NCBI RefSeq assembly: GCF_018350175.1
Contig: NC_058368.1
Coordinates: 45,820,001-45,884,000 of the forward strand
DNA: 64,000 nucleotides
Direction: 5' to 3'
From: Felis catus
Lineage: Eukaryota
Below are positions 47,335-61,700 of this stretch, piece after piece. Position numbers and translations under genes: made by a program. Under the pieces are notes generated by a model. That model searched no databases. It saw nothing but the letters and a program-made list of their open reading frames with translations, and had not been told where the DNA came from. The stretch's first letter is position 1. Each line of letters begins with the position of its first letter.

Positions 47335-47358
47335 ATTTTTTTTTTTTTACTGATTATT

Positions 47359-47398
<40 letters not shown>

Positions 47399-47600
47399 CG
47401 AGCAGGGGAGATGCAGAGAGAGAGGGAGACACAGAATCTGAAGCAGGTTCCAGGCTCGGAGCTGTCAGCACACAGCCCAACATGGGGCTCGAACTCATGG
47501 ACTGCGAGATCATGACCTGAGCTGAAGTTGGACACTTAACCAACTGAGCCACCCAGGTGCCCTTTTAAAAATTTTTTTAGTGTTTATCTTTGAGACAATC
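47335..47600 (-). mobile_element. Can-SINE (47335-47562) plus an extra SINE tail stub (47563-47600) within one TSD pair
   Basis: Perfect TSD actttctgtttct at 47322-47334 and 47601-47613. Confidence 0.93.
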
Positions 47601-47999
47601 ACTTTCTGTTTCTTAGAAATGTTTCTTCTTTGCTACTTTGGATGCATAGCATAAACACAGATGCTTCCTTCATTATCACTCTGGGCTTTTATGAATTTTC
47701 TTAGATTTTGCCACTTTCTTTAGATTCCCTTTTTCCTAGATAAACTCTCATGGTACATTTTTATTTAAATTAAATTAATTAATTAATTAATTAATTTGTC
47801 CCAGAATCACTCTAATTTAGGGAAGAATCTGTACTAGAAGCTTTCTGCTTAGGGTACACGCGATGCCCAACTTTTATGATCTTGCACGTCTGAAAATGTT
47901 ATTGTGATAACCTTACTTTTAATAAATAAACCACCCTGCCGTACAACTATAGGCTTGAAATATTTTAACTATGAACTATGAAGGCCTTCCTTCATAGCA

Positions 48000-48853
48000 G
48001 GAACCAGAGAAGAATGTACTCCTTAGAGACAAAGCTTGAGTTGGAGATTTTTTGAGGTGGTTGTTGCTATTGTTTTTAACTGAGTGCATCTCCAATCTCT
48101 GCACATCTTGGGCAGCAGGAAGCTAAAGTCTCACTATTTCAGGTCTGAGAAGACAAAGACCAAGACAGGCAAATAACTAGAAATTTATTAGGCATTTCAT
48201 AAAAACAAAAAGGGTGAGCTCAAAGCTTGTATATATATACCATACCCATATACTTGACTGACCACCAAAGTATGCTGCTGTAGAGGAATACTCCAGAAGG
48301 CAGATTAGTAAGCAGGGGGTGGGCTAAAATAAGCAGCAAGGGAGAAGAAAAATGAAGAATGCTTTGAAAAGGATAATAGAATTTCAGTCACTATTACATC
48401 TTATTTGCAATGATCATTTTCAACCAATATTTTAGAGTCATTCAAAGAAATGGAAGTAAGACCTATATTGAGAGTAAAAAGCAGTCTATAGAAACTGATT
48501 CAAATCAGCACAGATGTTGGACCTAACAAAGCAAGACTTCAAAACAGTTATTACAAGTGTATTCAAATACTCAAAGGAAACGAAAAGCCATAAAGAGGAG
48601 AGAGACAGATGATCTAAAAAGAGATGTAGAAACTATAAAAATGGAAATGCGAGAGTTAATCAATACAATAACTGAAATAAAATACTTATCAGATTGTTTT
48701 GACAGAGATCAGAAACAGTAGAAGAGGGGCACCTAGGTGGTTCAGTCAATTGAGCCCCTGACTCTTGATTTCAGTTCAGATCACGATCCCAGGGTCATGG
48801 GATCAAATCCCACATCAGGCAGTATGCTGAGCATGTAGTCTGCTTAAGATACT

Positions 48854-48905
<52 letters not shown>

Positions 48906-50090
48906 CCTTCTGCCCCTCTCCTCCACTTACTTCTTTCTCTCTCTCTTGCAAAAAAATACTTTTTAAAAAGATACAATAAATACAATTATGTCACTAATTA
49001 CATTAAATATAAGTTGACCAGACATTCTAACCAAAAGAATGAGATTCAAATCAAAACGCTGAGATGAGGTAAAAGACAACCATAACCACCACAACAAAAG
49101 ACAAATAGTGACAATCTATGCTGTCTACAGAATAAACGCTTCAAAACATTGAATGGGAAAAGGGAAAACAATTCTTGAAAAAAATACATAAAAAATTTTT
49201 GGAGTAGTTAAATTGATATCAGAAAAATAAAACTTAAATACAAGGAATATTATTAGAGACGATAATAAAAAAACACCTGGTCATGATAAAATTTATACAT
49301 TTCGTAAAGATATAATAATTATCAATATAGATATACATTATCACTGAGCTTTAAAATACTCAAAATAAAAACCAATAAAACTTAAGGAACATATACATAA
49401 TTGCAATTGGAAGTGTTAACACACTTGGTTCAGTAATTAATAGAAAAACTAGACCAGAAAAAAATCCATAGTAATAAACAAACCACCTTCAACTAACTGC
49501 TACACAAATTGTATGATATACACTCTTTTAAAGTGATATGGGATATTAACCAATATAGACCATATTTTAGTCCATAAATAAGTTTCAATACATTTAAAAG
49601 GTTCAAAATCATATGAAGTATGTTCTCTCAGCAGAACAGGATTAATTTTGAAATTAAATATTTGAAAAGAGTTCTAAATAATTGGGAATTAAACAAGACA
49701 CTCCCAAACAACTCATGAGCCAAATACAAAATAAGAAGGAAAATTAGACAATATCTTGAATGATAATAAAAGCCAAGAACATATCAGAATTTGTGGTATG
49801 AAGCTGAAGCAATTGTTGAGGAGTAAGTCACAATTGTAAATGCTCTTATTAGAAAAGGAAAATTGTCCAACACCAAAAATATATCCCCAGACTTCAGGAA
49901 TCTAGAAAAAGAAGAGCAATTTAAGACCAAGATAAGTATGGGGAAAGAAAAAAATGGAGTGAAAATCAATTAAATAGAAAAGGGATAAGCAATAAAGAAA
50001 ATCAATAAAACCCAAAACTAAAGTTATTTATTTGAAAATATCAACAAAATTAATATACCCCTAGCTATATTAATGAAGAAATGAGAGACA
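48000..50090 (+). mobile_element. Ancient L1 (L1M-type) ORF1-ORF2 EN fragment
   Basis: Degenerate L1 motifs: 'caagacttcaaaacagttattacaa', 'caatatagaccatattttagtccataaa', 'atatcagaatttgtggtatgaagctgaagca', 'aaaatatcaacaaaattaatatacccctagcta'. Confidence 0.8.
48726..48957 (+). mobile_element. Older Can-SINE with long (CT)n
   Basis: Head ggggcacctaggtggttcagtc, (CT)n, A tail. Confidence 0.9.
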
Positions 50091-50094
50091 GAGA

Positions 50095-50160
50095 AGGCCA
50101 TGTTGTTTATAAGCCTATCTACTTTATATTTTGTTACAGCAGCCCAAACGAAGATATTCA
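50095..50160 (+). mobile_element. MaLR LTR 3' stub
   Basis: 'tgttgtttataagcc..tattttgttacagcagcccaaacgaagata'. Confidence 0.6.
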
Positions 50161-53100
50161 ACACTGCAGAAGCTATTCATTTTCAAGTGAGTTCTGTTCA
50201 TTATTAAATGAGAAACAGTGACATAGGATGATGCTTCCTGGCCAGTTTTGGGAGCAACCCTAATGGGTCAAACACATTTTCATAGCAGTACCAAAAACTC
50301 TTGCAGCTTAGTCCAGGCCAGCTGTTTAATGAGAGCAGCTATAAACTTCAGACTACATAAATGGGGTGCATTAGTCTTCTTCAGGATCTTCGTATGTTCA
50401 TGTCTTCCATAAATCTTCTCCTCCAAGCTGTTCAAATTACCTTCCAAAGAGAAAATATGAGTTGTCCAACTTAAAACATTTCATGGATAATGATGACTTC
50501 TAAAATGAGATTTTGAAAGTGCTCTGAAAGAATATAGAGAGATTTTGAGATGACATCAAATGTAAAGCCGCTCAGTGAAGAATAAAAATTTCCTAATGTC
50601 ATGTTACTGTTACATAGAAAATAAGCTTGATTTGGGGAACACTACTCATTGGGAATTTTCATTTCCTCTGTCTCGATTAAGCAAATTTTCTCAGGTGACC
50701 TCAACTGAAAGCCTCAGAAACCTCCCAAAGATTGTTGGGGAGAGACAGTGAAGATGAAGGGAATACACATACACAGGATCTGATATTCCACTTAAGGTTT
50801 AAACAAGAAATCCAGTTTTATCGATTTATGTTCTATTCTGAGATTCATTATACAATTATTTCTAAATATAAGCTCTGGGTCTAAAATTTTTGAAAAATAT
50901 TGTTTACACTTATCCTGAAACAAATATTTATCTGAACTTCTAATTTTGAATACCTAAATATTATAAATAAAATTGTATTACTTTCCAGTTTTGTTGACGG
51001 TAGTATAGAAGGAATCAAATGGCTAATGAGATGTTTCTGATGTCTTTCTAGTTTTCACATCTTTGTGGCTTGCTTTATATAAAAACAAGACTTCTGAAGA
51101 CAGCTTTTGTAATTTATTTGTCTCCTTTATTGTATCATTCAACTTTATGTCTTGTGGACTAGTCCTCTTAATTTTTGTACCTCGGTATATTTTATTGAAT
51201 GCACATTGAGGTGAATTTAATGAATATATTAAAACATCTTATTCGACTGAAGAATAGATGTATCAGTTAATTTCAAACCAAACAGCCAAGGGAGATATAT
51301 AATCAAAAGTAAATTAAAAAAATAGATGCAAATAAAGAAATGGCAATCTACTTTAACATGGCTGTGGATATAACATGGCTTATCATTTATTGAGTGGTAG
51401 AATACTAACATCCATTATCTTACAATTTTTAAATTGCTCCATGTTACTCTTAGTACATTTGTATTAAGCAGTCATGAGACATGTGTCTGAAATTTCTGTA
51501 AAAATCAGCAAAATTAAATTGCTAAGAACAGGAAAAAGATCAAACTGTGCATATGTTTTTCATAAACACTGACTCTACTTCTGAGGGTAATAATGTCTTA
51601 AATATTCCTTAATACATATTTATGTATATACATTAATGAAGACACAATAGTTTATTCAAATTAAATAAAAAATTATCAACAATTATTATGAAATTTTCCA
51701 TCACAGAAAAAGAATGTCCAGAGAAATCTACTTAATAATCAATGTGGTTGCTACATTTTCAAATGAATGGAACAGAGGAAGTAAATGAAATAAGTAAATG
51801 ATTTTGTTAAAGTAGAAAAAAATTGCCTTGATTTTTGGCTTATAATCTAAGACTATAAGATCAAGCTAGTTCAAAGATCTAACTGGCTATGTCATATAAA
51901 TGAGTTGTATTGTGTCATGCTCACAGGATTTAAGATGCAGTTCATTCCCTTTACCACACATAGACATGCTCTTAGTCTACCAACATATCCATTACACTCT
52001 TCAGCCTTTTAAGAGATCCAACTTCAGCAGTATACTTAGAATAGACAGATCTCTGATAGAGAGAACTCATGCCCTGGCCTCACAACTCACAATACCCAGG
52101 GATAATTTGTAAATCTAAACTCTTCAAATTGAATGCATTTTAGGTTAGGGGTAATATATTAGAGGTATTCAGAAAATCTAAGTGCTTGTGAAAAACATAT
52201 TGTATGCCAACCTCACAGAGGTTCCAATTTGCTCTCTAGGTCACCCCAAAGAAATTCTCCCTATGGGATTTTGCCTTTAGAGAGACAAAGTGAATTGATT
52301 CTGTTGAAATATTCATTAAATTAAAAGGCTTCATTTACTATTCTAAAAGCAATTAATCAGTTTTCCTCATTCACCATAGTACAGTACTAGCTACCACTCC
52401 ACAAAAGGGCATTACTGCTCTAGGGAAAATGCAATGTATTGTAACAAAAATTGATAAGGTCTGTTAAGAAAGTTAGTTACAGACGTTAACAGTTAAATTT
52501 TTATAGGAATATAGAAAACTTTGAAATTGCCTGATTAATAAAAACGCTTGCAGATAACAATTGAAAAAAATTTTAAAGCAATAAAGAAAAAGAAATCATG
52601 GCTATTAATGATATTTTTGAAGGGTTTAAAATTTATTCAATATAACTTAAATCCAAGTGTAAGGAAAGACAATTTCTTAAAAAAAAAGTAAGAGTAAATA
52701 CAAATTGAAATTATTCAAGTCCCCCCTCCCAAATATTTATAACAGTGATAACAGCCAAGTACTCTTGATAATTAGGAAGATGCCAATTTCTCTAAAGTCT
52801 CTTTATGTTCACATATTTGTGATTAATTATTCTGGTAACAACATGTGGAGCACATCAATCCTAGGTCACCAGCTGAACATAGCCCAGGTCAACAGTTACA
52901 CTATGTTGTAAACCAAAGATATATTCTTTTGACAGCATTTCAGTGTAATATATAAATCACTGAATGGCTTCAAGATAGTATGTAATGAAAAATTAATGCA
53001 GTTTTGCTAATTTAAGCAGAAACTCTAAACACAAAATTATAATTTAAAAATTTTGAATAAAGATGTATCTATAGAAATATGCAAATATCTGTATATATAT

Positions 53101-53809
53101 GTGTGTGTGTGTGTATGTATATATACATACAAGTACTTACATATTTCTGTATGTCTGTATATATATATGCATATATATACATATATATTTATAATGAGAA
53201 GTAGACCTAAGGAAAGCAGAGATGATACAATGAGAGTTATTTTAAAATTCAACATATCCAAATTAATTCTCTTTGATACTATAATAAAGAAAATTTTGCT
53301 GAATTTAGTTTAAACGAAAATGGCCAGAACATTACAGACCAGACTATCACCACAGAGAATAGCTGAACATATCACTCAACAGCCTGTGTGCTATCCTGTA
53401 TTGTCCATTTTTGCAAATATCTAAAAGGTTTTTTTTACTGGTAATCAGCAAACATGCCTTGTAAATCTAATCAATTTCTTTGAGCTAAGTGACTAATGAC
53501 ACTAATGAACAACCAATGGTATTAACGATAATGAACAGCCAATAAATTTCACATATTTATAAATTTTAAGGTCTTTGATGAGGTTTCTTCCAAAAGACTT
53601 TTTAAAACGTGACTTAACAGAATTAATTACAGGGGTAAATCTGAGATGGTAAAAGAAATGACTTTAAAAAGTAAATAAAATCAAGCATTTCCTTGATGAA
53701 CTCAGAGTACGTTATTAAGAGCTTTCTAAATCAAATGGAAAAGTGGGTGCATACGTAAATGTTGGGAGGCAGTGAACCGAGAGTGGTAGATTTGAGTCTC
53801 TCCAACTGA

Positions 53810-53985
53810 GAAGGCCTGTATGAAAATCCAAGTTCTGTCATGTACTAGCTGCACAACCCTAGGTGATCTATTAAACTCTCAAGACCTCAGTTTTCACAGC
53901 TGTATAATAGGGTAATGACAATACCTGTCTTCTGAATGAAATGAAGTGTCTTTAATGTGCTAATAACTACTGTGGTTGGAATGCA
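53810..53985 (+). mobile_element. MIR
   Basis: 'tactagctgcacaaccctaggtga..aactctcaagacctcagttttcacagctgtataatagggtaatgacaatacct'. Confidence 0.8.
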
Positions 53986-54629
53986 ATGAGCAGGAACTAA
54001 TGTCAACTTTTTACTTTTCATAGTATTACTCAAGTTGTTTTTATCTAATACCGTATAAGATATTAATATAGAACAAGTTACGAGAGAGCTTTATTACATT
54101 GTCTGTGAAGATAAAAATATATAGACCATGGTTTGGAAAATAATTTGCAACAGAAGAACCAGACTATTTTCTAACACAAAGATACTGTATTCAGCTCTCA
54201 ACTATAATAGCCCAAAGGGTCAAGCCAACAGTCACTAACTGAACTATTGTTAATTAAATGCTGACCTACCTCTAATGAACGAGGTGGTATCATGTTCATT
54301 ATCCTACTTCACTTGATAACAACCTGTGACAGAAGCATTATGGTTCTCACCTTTCAAAAAACTAGGGTTCAAAGAGCTTAAGTACTTGTCGAAGATCATA
54401 AATTCAAGAGTAGGAAATCCAGGAGTTATATAGACTTTTCTTTCGCCTACATCACAATAATTCCAGTTACTATAACGGAATACTAGTAACAGAATGTGGT
54501 CAGTACCTACAGCATCCTTTGAAATATTTGGTCACAACTCTTAATGAAAATACTACAAGCTCTGTGTTCTCTTGTTTCCCAATTTTTGCACATACACTTT
54601 CCAATGCCTAAAATGTTACTTTTCTCTCA

Positions 54630-54740
54630 GCAGGGCTGAGACAAGGATGAGCTACTGAGGCACATGACCAAGTGCAAAATTCAAAGAAGTTCAAAAAAAA
54701 TTGAGACAAATCACATAATTGAATATATATTTTTAACATT
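54630..54740 (+). mobile_element. MER96-like hAT-Tip100 5' end
   Basis: 'cagggctgagacaaggatgag..gaggcac..gtgcaaaattcaa'. Confidence 0.55.
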
Positions 54741-54742
54741 TA

Positions 54743-55398
54743 AGAGATCTGCATAACTCCAGAATCCAACACTTTCCAAAACAACAAAGCATAGTTAACA
54801 AATCATGCTTAGGAAAAAATCTGTTTGAAATGCAAAACAGACCCGTAACATCAATTTAAGTACATAAAGGTCATTAACATGGTTGCATATTCCACACTGC
54901 AAACCAACATGAATAAGTTACCATTTACTAAATTTGGTGTTCTGGCAAGAAAGAGAAGCCACAGTTGTCGGAAAAGACAAATTAAGTCTCCCTTCTCCAA
55001 ATACATATCTGTTGTGACGTTGGATTATCTTCATATCTTTCAACCAACCAACCAACCAACCACCCAAACAGATTTCAATAAATGGAAAGGAGGAGGTATA
55101 AAAATCCAGCTGTCTTGTATTAAGCCAGATTTTAAATGGATTTGCCAAACAGTGCGATTTTTCTTACTAACTTTTATGAGAAAAGTATTATTTTTATTAG
55201 TGTCTATTATTTATGTTAATGTCTGGTGGGTTTATATTTGTGTTCAAAAATAATGAATATATATTTAAAAATTTCAGTTTTAATTTCTCCCATGGTAAAT
55301 ATCAATAGACATAAATCATATAAAAAAACAGTTCTTCAGGTTCTTGATAAATTTTACCAGCGTAAAGGGATCCTCAGATCAAAGTCTGAGAAATGCTG
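54743..55398 (+). mobile_element. Charlie1-type hAT transposon 3' fragment
   Basis: 'tattccacactgcaaac..', 'aatccagctgtcttgtattaagccaga', terminal 'gtaaatatcaatagacataa..gtaaagggatcctcagatcaaagtctgagaaatgctg'. Confidence 0.8.
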
Positions 55399-55756
55399 CC
55401 ATAAAATTTTTAAAAACAGGGACCAGTTGGTTTAAAACAATAGAAATGAAGGGAAAAAATACACTTCAAAGGACTTCGATTAATTTTATAATCATACCAA
55501 ACTGTATGATTATATACACAAGCAAACCTAGGCGGTTGTGTAGAGTCAAGGTCAATGTACATGAAGTAACAGAAGAACAAATATTTGGGATTTAATGGAA
55601 TTTATTCACTGACCCTGAAATGTCATCCCTGATTGTAGCATTGCATTTCTGTCTCCAGTGTCCTTTGCTATATAAGAATATATTTGGGGTGATCTAAATA
55701 CATGCAAAAATATGCAAGTGTTTTAGGTAGATCTAATAAATTGGTATAAGAAAATA

Positions 55757-55797
<41 letters not shown>

Positions 55798-56391
55798 GTT
55801 TTATTTCAGAATGAAGTTTATCTTTGCAATTCACATTGGCATAAATGATGTGGTACTTCCAGCTGAATTTTATTGTTGGGTAGTCTTGAGCTTGGTTCCT
55901 CAAAACTTCAAACTGCTTCCTTTGCCCTAGAGCACTGACCTAATAAAAATGTGATCACCGTATAGGTAGCAATCTATTACTTTACCAGTGACTCTTTATG
56001 TGAACACATAGCACAAGAGAAACTAATCTGTATATTAGAGAGGGAATGAATTAACATAAAATAAATGAAATTTACTATTAGAGTGAAATACTGCAATATT
56101 TGGGTTTGCCAATCTATTTGAGAAAATAGAATTGATAATTTTGTTCAAATTAAACCTTGAGCCTTTAGATAGTCTCTAATTTATATCAGACTGCTCTTAA
56201 AAATAAACTGTATAAATTCTATACTTGTGAGATACACTGGGCAATATGAATGACTTTGGAAACAAATTTATGTAATACATTTTGATATTTTTCTCCCTCT
56301 GTCTCTTTGTCTTCACAAGGCAAAAATTACCTAGCTGAGTGACAAGAAAGTATCTCTCAACTGAAAAATTTACCAATCTCATGGAATTTCT

Positions 56392-56621
56392 TTCTTTTTT
56401 TTTTTTAATTTTTTTTTTCAACGTTTATTTATTTTTGGGACAGAGAGAGACAGAGCATGAACGGGGGAGGGGCAGAGAGAGAGGGAGACACAGAATCGGA
56501 AACAGGCTCCAGGCTCTGAGCCATCAGCCCAGAGCCTGACGCGGGGCTCGAACTCACGGACCACGAGATCGTGGCCTGGCTGAAGTCGGACGCTTAACCG
56601 ACTGTGCCACCCAGGCGCCCC
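56392..56621 (-). mobile_element. Young Felis-type SINEC
   Basis: CpG-rich body; perfect TSD tctcatggaatttct. Confidence 0.97.
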
Positions 56622-57489
56622 TCTCATGGAATTTCTAATAAAACGTATTAAAATGATTCTAAAGCATGCACTGAAATAAAATAACAAAGTATCCCAACAC
56701 ATTCTTTGCTAGTAGTGTATCTATATTAAAAAAATAAAATAAAATAGTCAAGGTAAACAGTGTCCTTAATCCATCTTTATGTTGAGTACTCAACTCAGAA
56801 AATAATATTGATCTGATTCATGATTTTGATATCACAAATTATGATATCTACTATTTAATATACTCTAATAAAAATAGCATCTAGGTATATTTCAACATTT
56901 TAATACACTTTGAGATTTTATAACTTTAGCTTCATGACCCTATTTGCTTATTAATTATCTGAAGCATTTATTCATGTGTCATAAATAATTTGATTATAGT
57001 TCCATTCCCAAACACTTTTTTGTTGCTTATTTTCTTACCTTCCTTAAACATCTCAACCTCAATGCTTAGGTATCTGAAATATGTCCTACATATTTCTATT
57101 TATCTTGAAAGGAAAATCAATAAATTATGATCTGATATAAGGCATTTAGGTACCAGAGTCCAAAGCAGTCTGAAGCCATATTTGAACATACTCTAACACA
57201 GACTGCTGCAGCCTGGCTTCCCACCCTCTCCTCCAGATACCATACTCATTCTTGCTTCATCTTGTTCATTTACCCTTCTTCCCCAATGAGCTTGCTCCCT
57301 TCTGCCATTTTCCTTGTCAAGCTGCAAATCCTATTAAATGGTTTTCTTGATTATTTCTGGGTGAAGTGATTATTTTTCTCCATTTTTATACTCTTTTGTG
57401 ATGAAGTTATCTGTATGTCTCCTACATATTAAGGATATTTGAATTCTTAAAGGTTAGAGATAACACCTTATTGTTAAATCTTACTTTTG

Positions 57490-57837
57490 CCATACAGATC
57501 GCATTAATGGCCACAACTGGTCACACCTACCTGTATCCAAGCCTTCCACTACCCACCGCCCCCCCCTCCCACCCAACTCCCCACCAACTCAGGACTTGGG
57601 CATGTAGCTTACTTTGACCAATGCGGCAGTAGCCAATAACGTAATTGCATCATATGGGGTTCTTGCTGTCTCCAAGAACTTACCTATCTAGCCTGCTGGA
57701 AGAATCTGCGTGCAGAACCAAGTATCTCTATTCTATAGCAAGCCTACTGCCAGATGGTAAGCCATATAAATACTTGTTTTGAGCCACTTAGTGTTGACAT
57801 ATAAAATTATTATGCCATTTATTAGAAAACTGATACA
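57490..57837 (+). mobile_element. Old MLT1-type LTR within L2-like sequence
   Basis: 'aatggccacaact..cctgtatcca', 'ggcatgtagcttactttgaccaatg', end 'ttgttttgagccact..aaaactgataca'. Confidence 0.6.
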
Positions 57838-57904
57838 CTATCCCTAGAACCTAAAACACAGCAAACTTACAGTACCCTGCACAGGTTCAACACTTAATGA
57901 GTAA

Positions 57905-57990
57905 TTCTAGATAATGCTTCTAGATAATATACTCTATCTAGATAACTTCTAGATAAATCTAGATAGCTTCAAGATAACTCTAGATAACAC
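57905..57990. repeat. Irregular tandem array of TCTAGATA(A) units
   Basis: About seven copies with variable short spacers. Confidence 0.9.
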
Positions 57991-58039
57991 ATTCATAAAC
58001 TAGTTGGAAATAATAACTGAAGGAAGCTGGCTTCTTTGA

Positions 58040-58230
58040 ACATCTGCAATAGGCTAAGTAAGGTGCTAGGTAATTTCATTTTTATTCCATTTACTCCTTG
58101 CCACAATTATGTGAAGTAGTTGCTAAAAAACCCATGCTACAGGTAATGAAACAGAAGCTAAGAGAGATAATCTAGGTAGTACATAAAGTTTGAAAAGGGC
58201 TTAAATGATCACATACCATTCTGATAACAA
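58040..58230 (-). mobile_element. MIR fragment
   Basis: 'catttactccttgccacaattatgtgaagtag..cccatgctacaggtaatgaaacagaagctaagagagataa'. Confidence 0.7.
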
Positions 58231-58574
58231 GGTTTAGTTTGTTCATTATGTGGGAATTATATCACAGGCCCTTGAGGGGGAGGAGATATTAAATGAGTAA
58301 ATATGTAATCATTTTTTAAAATAAAAATTGATGCTTTGTAAACAGTATGTTTTATGACACACTTTGGAATGCAATTTGAGGATACGCAAGGGAAGTAAGC
58401 CTACCTGTAAGTACTTTCATACTTTTATCTTCCTTCTTACATCATGCCACAGGTTTTTCCACTGTTCAACATTTTTTTCTTTTTTTACCAAGAACGTAGT
58501 GTATGTCTGGTACTGTGCAAGATACCTAGACACTAGATTTATGGTTGTGGACAAAACCAGTAGTATTTATCTTT

Positions 58575-58712
58575 TCAGTGATGGTAGTTTGAAGTCAGCC
58601 ATGCAGGAGTATTTATATCCCAGTAAATGGCAAATGCTACAAATTGGGACTTCTCTTTTCTTTCTTTCTTTCTTTTTTCCTTGATAAAAAACAACTGTGA
58701 AATATTTACCAC
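58575..58712 (+). mobile_element. MER63A-like fragment
   Basis: 'tggtagtttgaagtcagccatg..ggagtatttata..aaatggcaaatgctacaaattggg..aaatatttacca'. Confidence 0.7.
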
Positions 58713-58759
58713 AATTATTTTACTAGCCTTTGGCCTATATAAGAAAGGAAATTTGTATT

Positions 58760-61700
58760 TATATTGCATTCAAAAGCCCAGGTACAAAAGCATAAATTAA
58801 TTAATTAATCCAGTTAAATAAAAAAGACTTCAGAAAAAAAAAACAAGTAAAAATCTATATAGTAGTTACAATAGACACAAATTATATATAAAGACAGCCC
58901 TACAATTTAAGGAAATTCAAAAGTACATTAAGGAATTTGAAAATATATAACAGGCAAATAAGATATACAGGCAGACATCAAACTATATACACATTAAGGC
59001 ATAATGTGTTATTAGAAATGAAGACAGTTACTTCAGCCTGATAAAAGGAAGAACTGACTATATAAAATGGGCCTGAACTTTTGTACACCTAATAACAACT
59101 CTATAAAATGCAAGGCAAAACCAAAACTCGAGAATATTATGAAGAAAAAAATTTAAAGCCATAATTATGTATCCACATTAATATAAATTTCTTATATATT
59201 TGTAAATAAGTCACACTAAAAGTTGATAAATGAAGATTAAAAAAGTGAAAAACACATTTATGGTCTATGAAAATCCAGCCAAAATGACTCAAGAATGTGC
59301 ATTGATTCAAGCATAAATGAAAGTTTATAAAAACAATCACATACCAGAGTAGATTAAGAAAAGAGATTGCAGCAATAAATAACATTAACAGTGAAAATGG
59401 TTCATAATTAAAGAAATTCTCTGAAGGATTTTCTATCAGTAAATTTTAAACTTGTAGGAAATGATCAAATGTGAGAACACTATAAAAATTACTAGAATTA
59501 GCTTAAGAAAATCTTAAATGTTGAATCAATAATGTACTCACTTTATATGCGCTCTTAACAGTCAAGGATTTTTACAAGCTCTACCTCACTTACAAGTTCG
59601 GTGTCATATTTAAACACATTGTTCCCCATTTTATGAAATTAGTACACATGATACCAAATCAGAGATGGACACTATGTAAATAATAAACTTAAGACATAAA
59701 ATTATAACTATAGATTAAAAAAGTCCTATGTAAATATTAGCAAACAGAATCCATTATGTATTCAAAAATTAATATTATAACATGACTAATTTTGGTTTAT
59801 CCTGGAAGTATAACAGTATCTAATTAAAAATCTATTATTGCAACCCATTACATTAACAAGTTAAAGAAAAAATATAATAATATCAGAAAATATATTTGAA
59901 ATAATTTAAAATATATTCAAGATAACTCATTACAAACTGTGAGTAAAAAGAACTTCTTTAATCTAACAGAAGCACTTAATAAACAAACCCAGACTACATA
60001 CTTAAGAGTGAAACAATATAAGAATTGTCCTTATAGTCAAGAAGAAAGAGTTTCTATTCATCAAGTACTATAAGTCTTGGATAAACTCAGCTAAACAAAG
60101 AAAATATCTAACATGTAAAATAATTGGAAAAGATGAAAGAAAAATCATTTCTCATAAATAAGTTCATCTTTATAGAAAAATCAAATAGACCAATTCAGAA
60201 ATTAATTAGAATTCAATAAAGTCAGTGGATATAATAATAATGTATAAAAATAAATTTAATTCCTATGCACCAAGAATAAATTAGAAATACACTTTTCTAA
60301 AAATAAATACATTTAGTCATATCATCCAAGAAAACATAGTACTTAGTACAATAATCTATAGAAAATACATATGCCTTTACGGAGAAAATCTTAAAAATTA
60401 ATCAAAGTCATAAAAGACCATAACAAGTAGAAAAAATATTCTATAATCAAAGCTAGGAAGACACATTATAGAAGATATCTATTTATTATAATCACTCTCA
60501 TCTCAAAATTCCTGAAAATCTGATTCTCTAACATATAGAGATGATCCAAAGGCTAAAAACAGCCAATATAATTTTGAAGAAGAATAATGAAACATGTGAC
60601 AAGTAGTTGTATGTCTGGGAGGAGGCAGCTGAGAAATCACTCTACTAGATATCAACAGTTTATAACAGTTTTTACTATTATAAAACTATATAATAGGTGG
60701 AATAACTAATTTTAGTGAGGGAGTATAAATTATATAAATATAAATATTCAAAATATATAAATATAATCAGTCTAGCTTGCATTCTTCACTATGGTGCTAT
60801 ACTTTCTTGTGTCCTTATTAATTCAATGTAACTTTGGAATAGGAATTTGCAGAATGCTAAAAGATAATAGGGACCCAGAACTTTATCCACTTATACATGG
60901 TAGAAAGGAAATAGTTAACAGCAAGATTGAGATCCATTGTCAACATTAAGAGGAAGATGCCCCACAAAAGGAAGAAAGAAGGCACCCTGATCAAATTGCC
61001 TCATAGACATTTTAATGATTTTCTAGCAAATGCATTAGTGATATTAGCTCATGGGAGAGGAAATGCCATTTTCTAGTGTGCCTAGGCTGTCTTATGAACA
61101 AACAATTTGGAATCTATGAATTCCTAGGGCACAGCTCCCAAGGAAATGTAACTACTAGAATATAAAACGGAGATTGTTCATGACTAATATAGCTCTCATC
61201 TTTGTAAAGGATGTGACTGCAAATCTCCCTGAAAGAGCTCAGTTAATCAGGGCCACAGTACTTCTACATATCACTATTTTGTTGTACGTGGATTTCTCAA
61301 TTTTGGGTGTGTTTAAAATTATTGGTAAAGTTTGATATTAGGTCAGATCTATAATTTGTATGGGCCTGATTTGCCATTGTGATCATTTGTGTTTGCTCAC
61401 ATGCAAACTTGACAAATAGAAGACTTAGTCTTACAGATCAGTGGAAAAATTATGTACTCATCAATAATAGTTAGCTATCCATGTGGCCTAAATAAATTTG
61501 AAATCTTGTTTCCAGCCATAGATAAAAATGCAGATTATAACACCTGAACAGGAACTTAAACTTTATAACTTTTGTTATAAATAACAGGAAAATATCTTAA
61601 TGATCTCAGGATAGGAAAAAGTTCTTGAACAAGATATAAAAGATGCAAACCATTGAAAAAATTGATAAATTTGGATGCTTTGAAATTTAAAAAATTCTAG

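Noticed and set aside
51180..51246. Minus-strand segment bounded by ttcttcAG and GAG|GTACAA
   Set aside because: Stops in all three frames and a weak donor
54879..55253. 124-aa ORF as a domesticated transposase
   Set aside because: Lies in a decayed Charlie1 3' fragment; no intact transposase frame is evident
58364..58684. 106-aa ORF with acceptor-like tcttttcAG
   Set aside because: The downstream part is a MER63A-like transposon fossil
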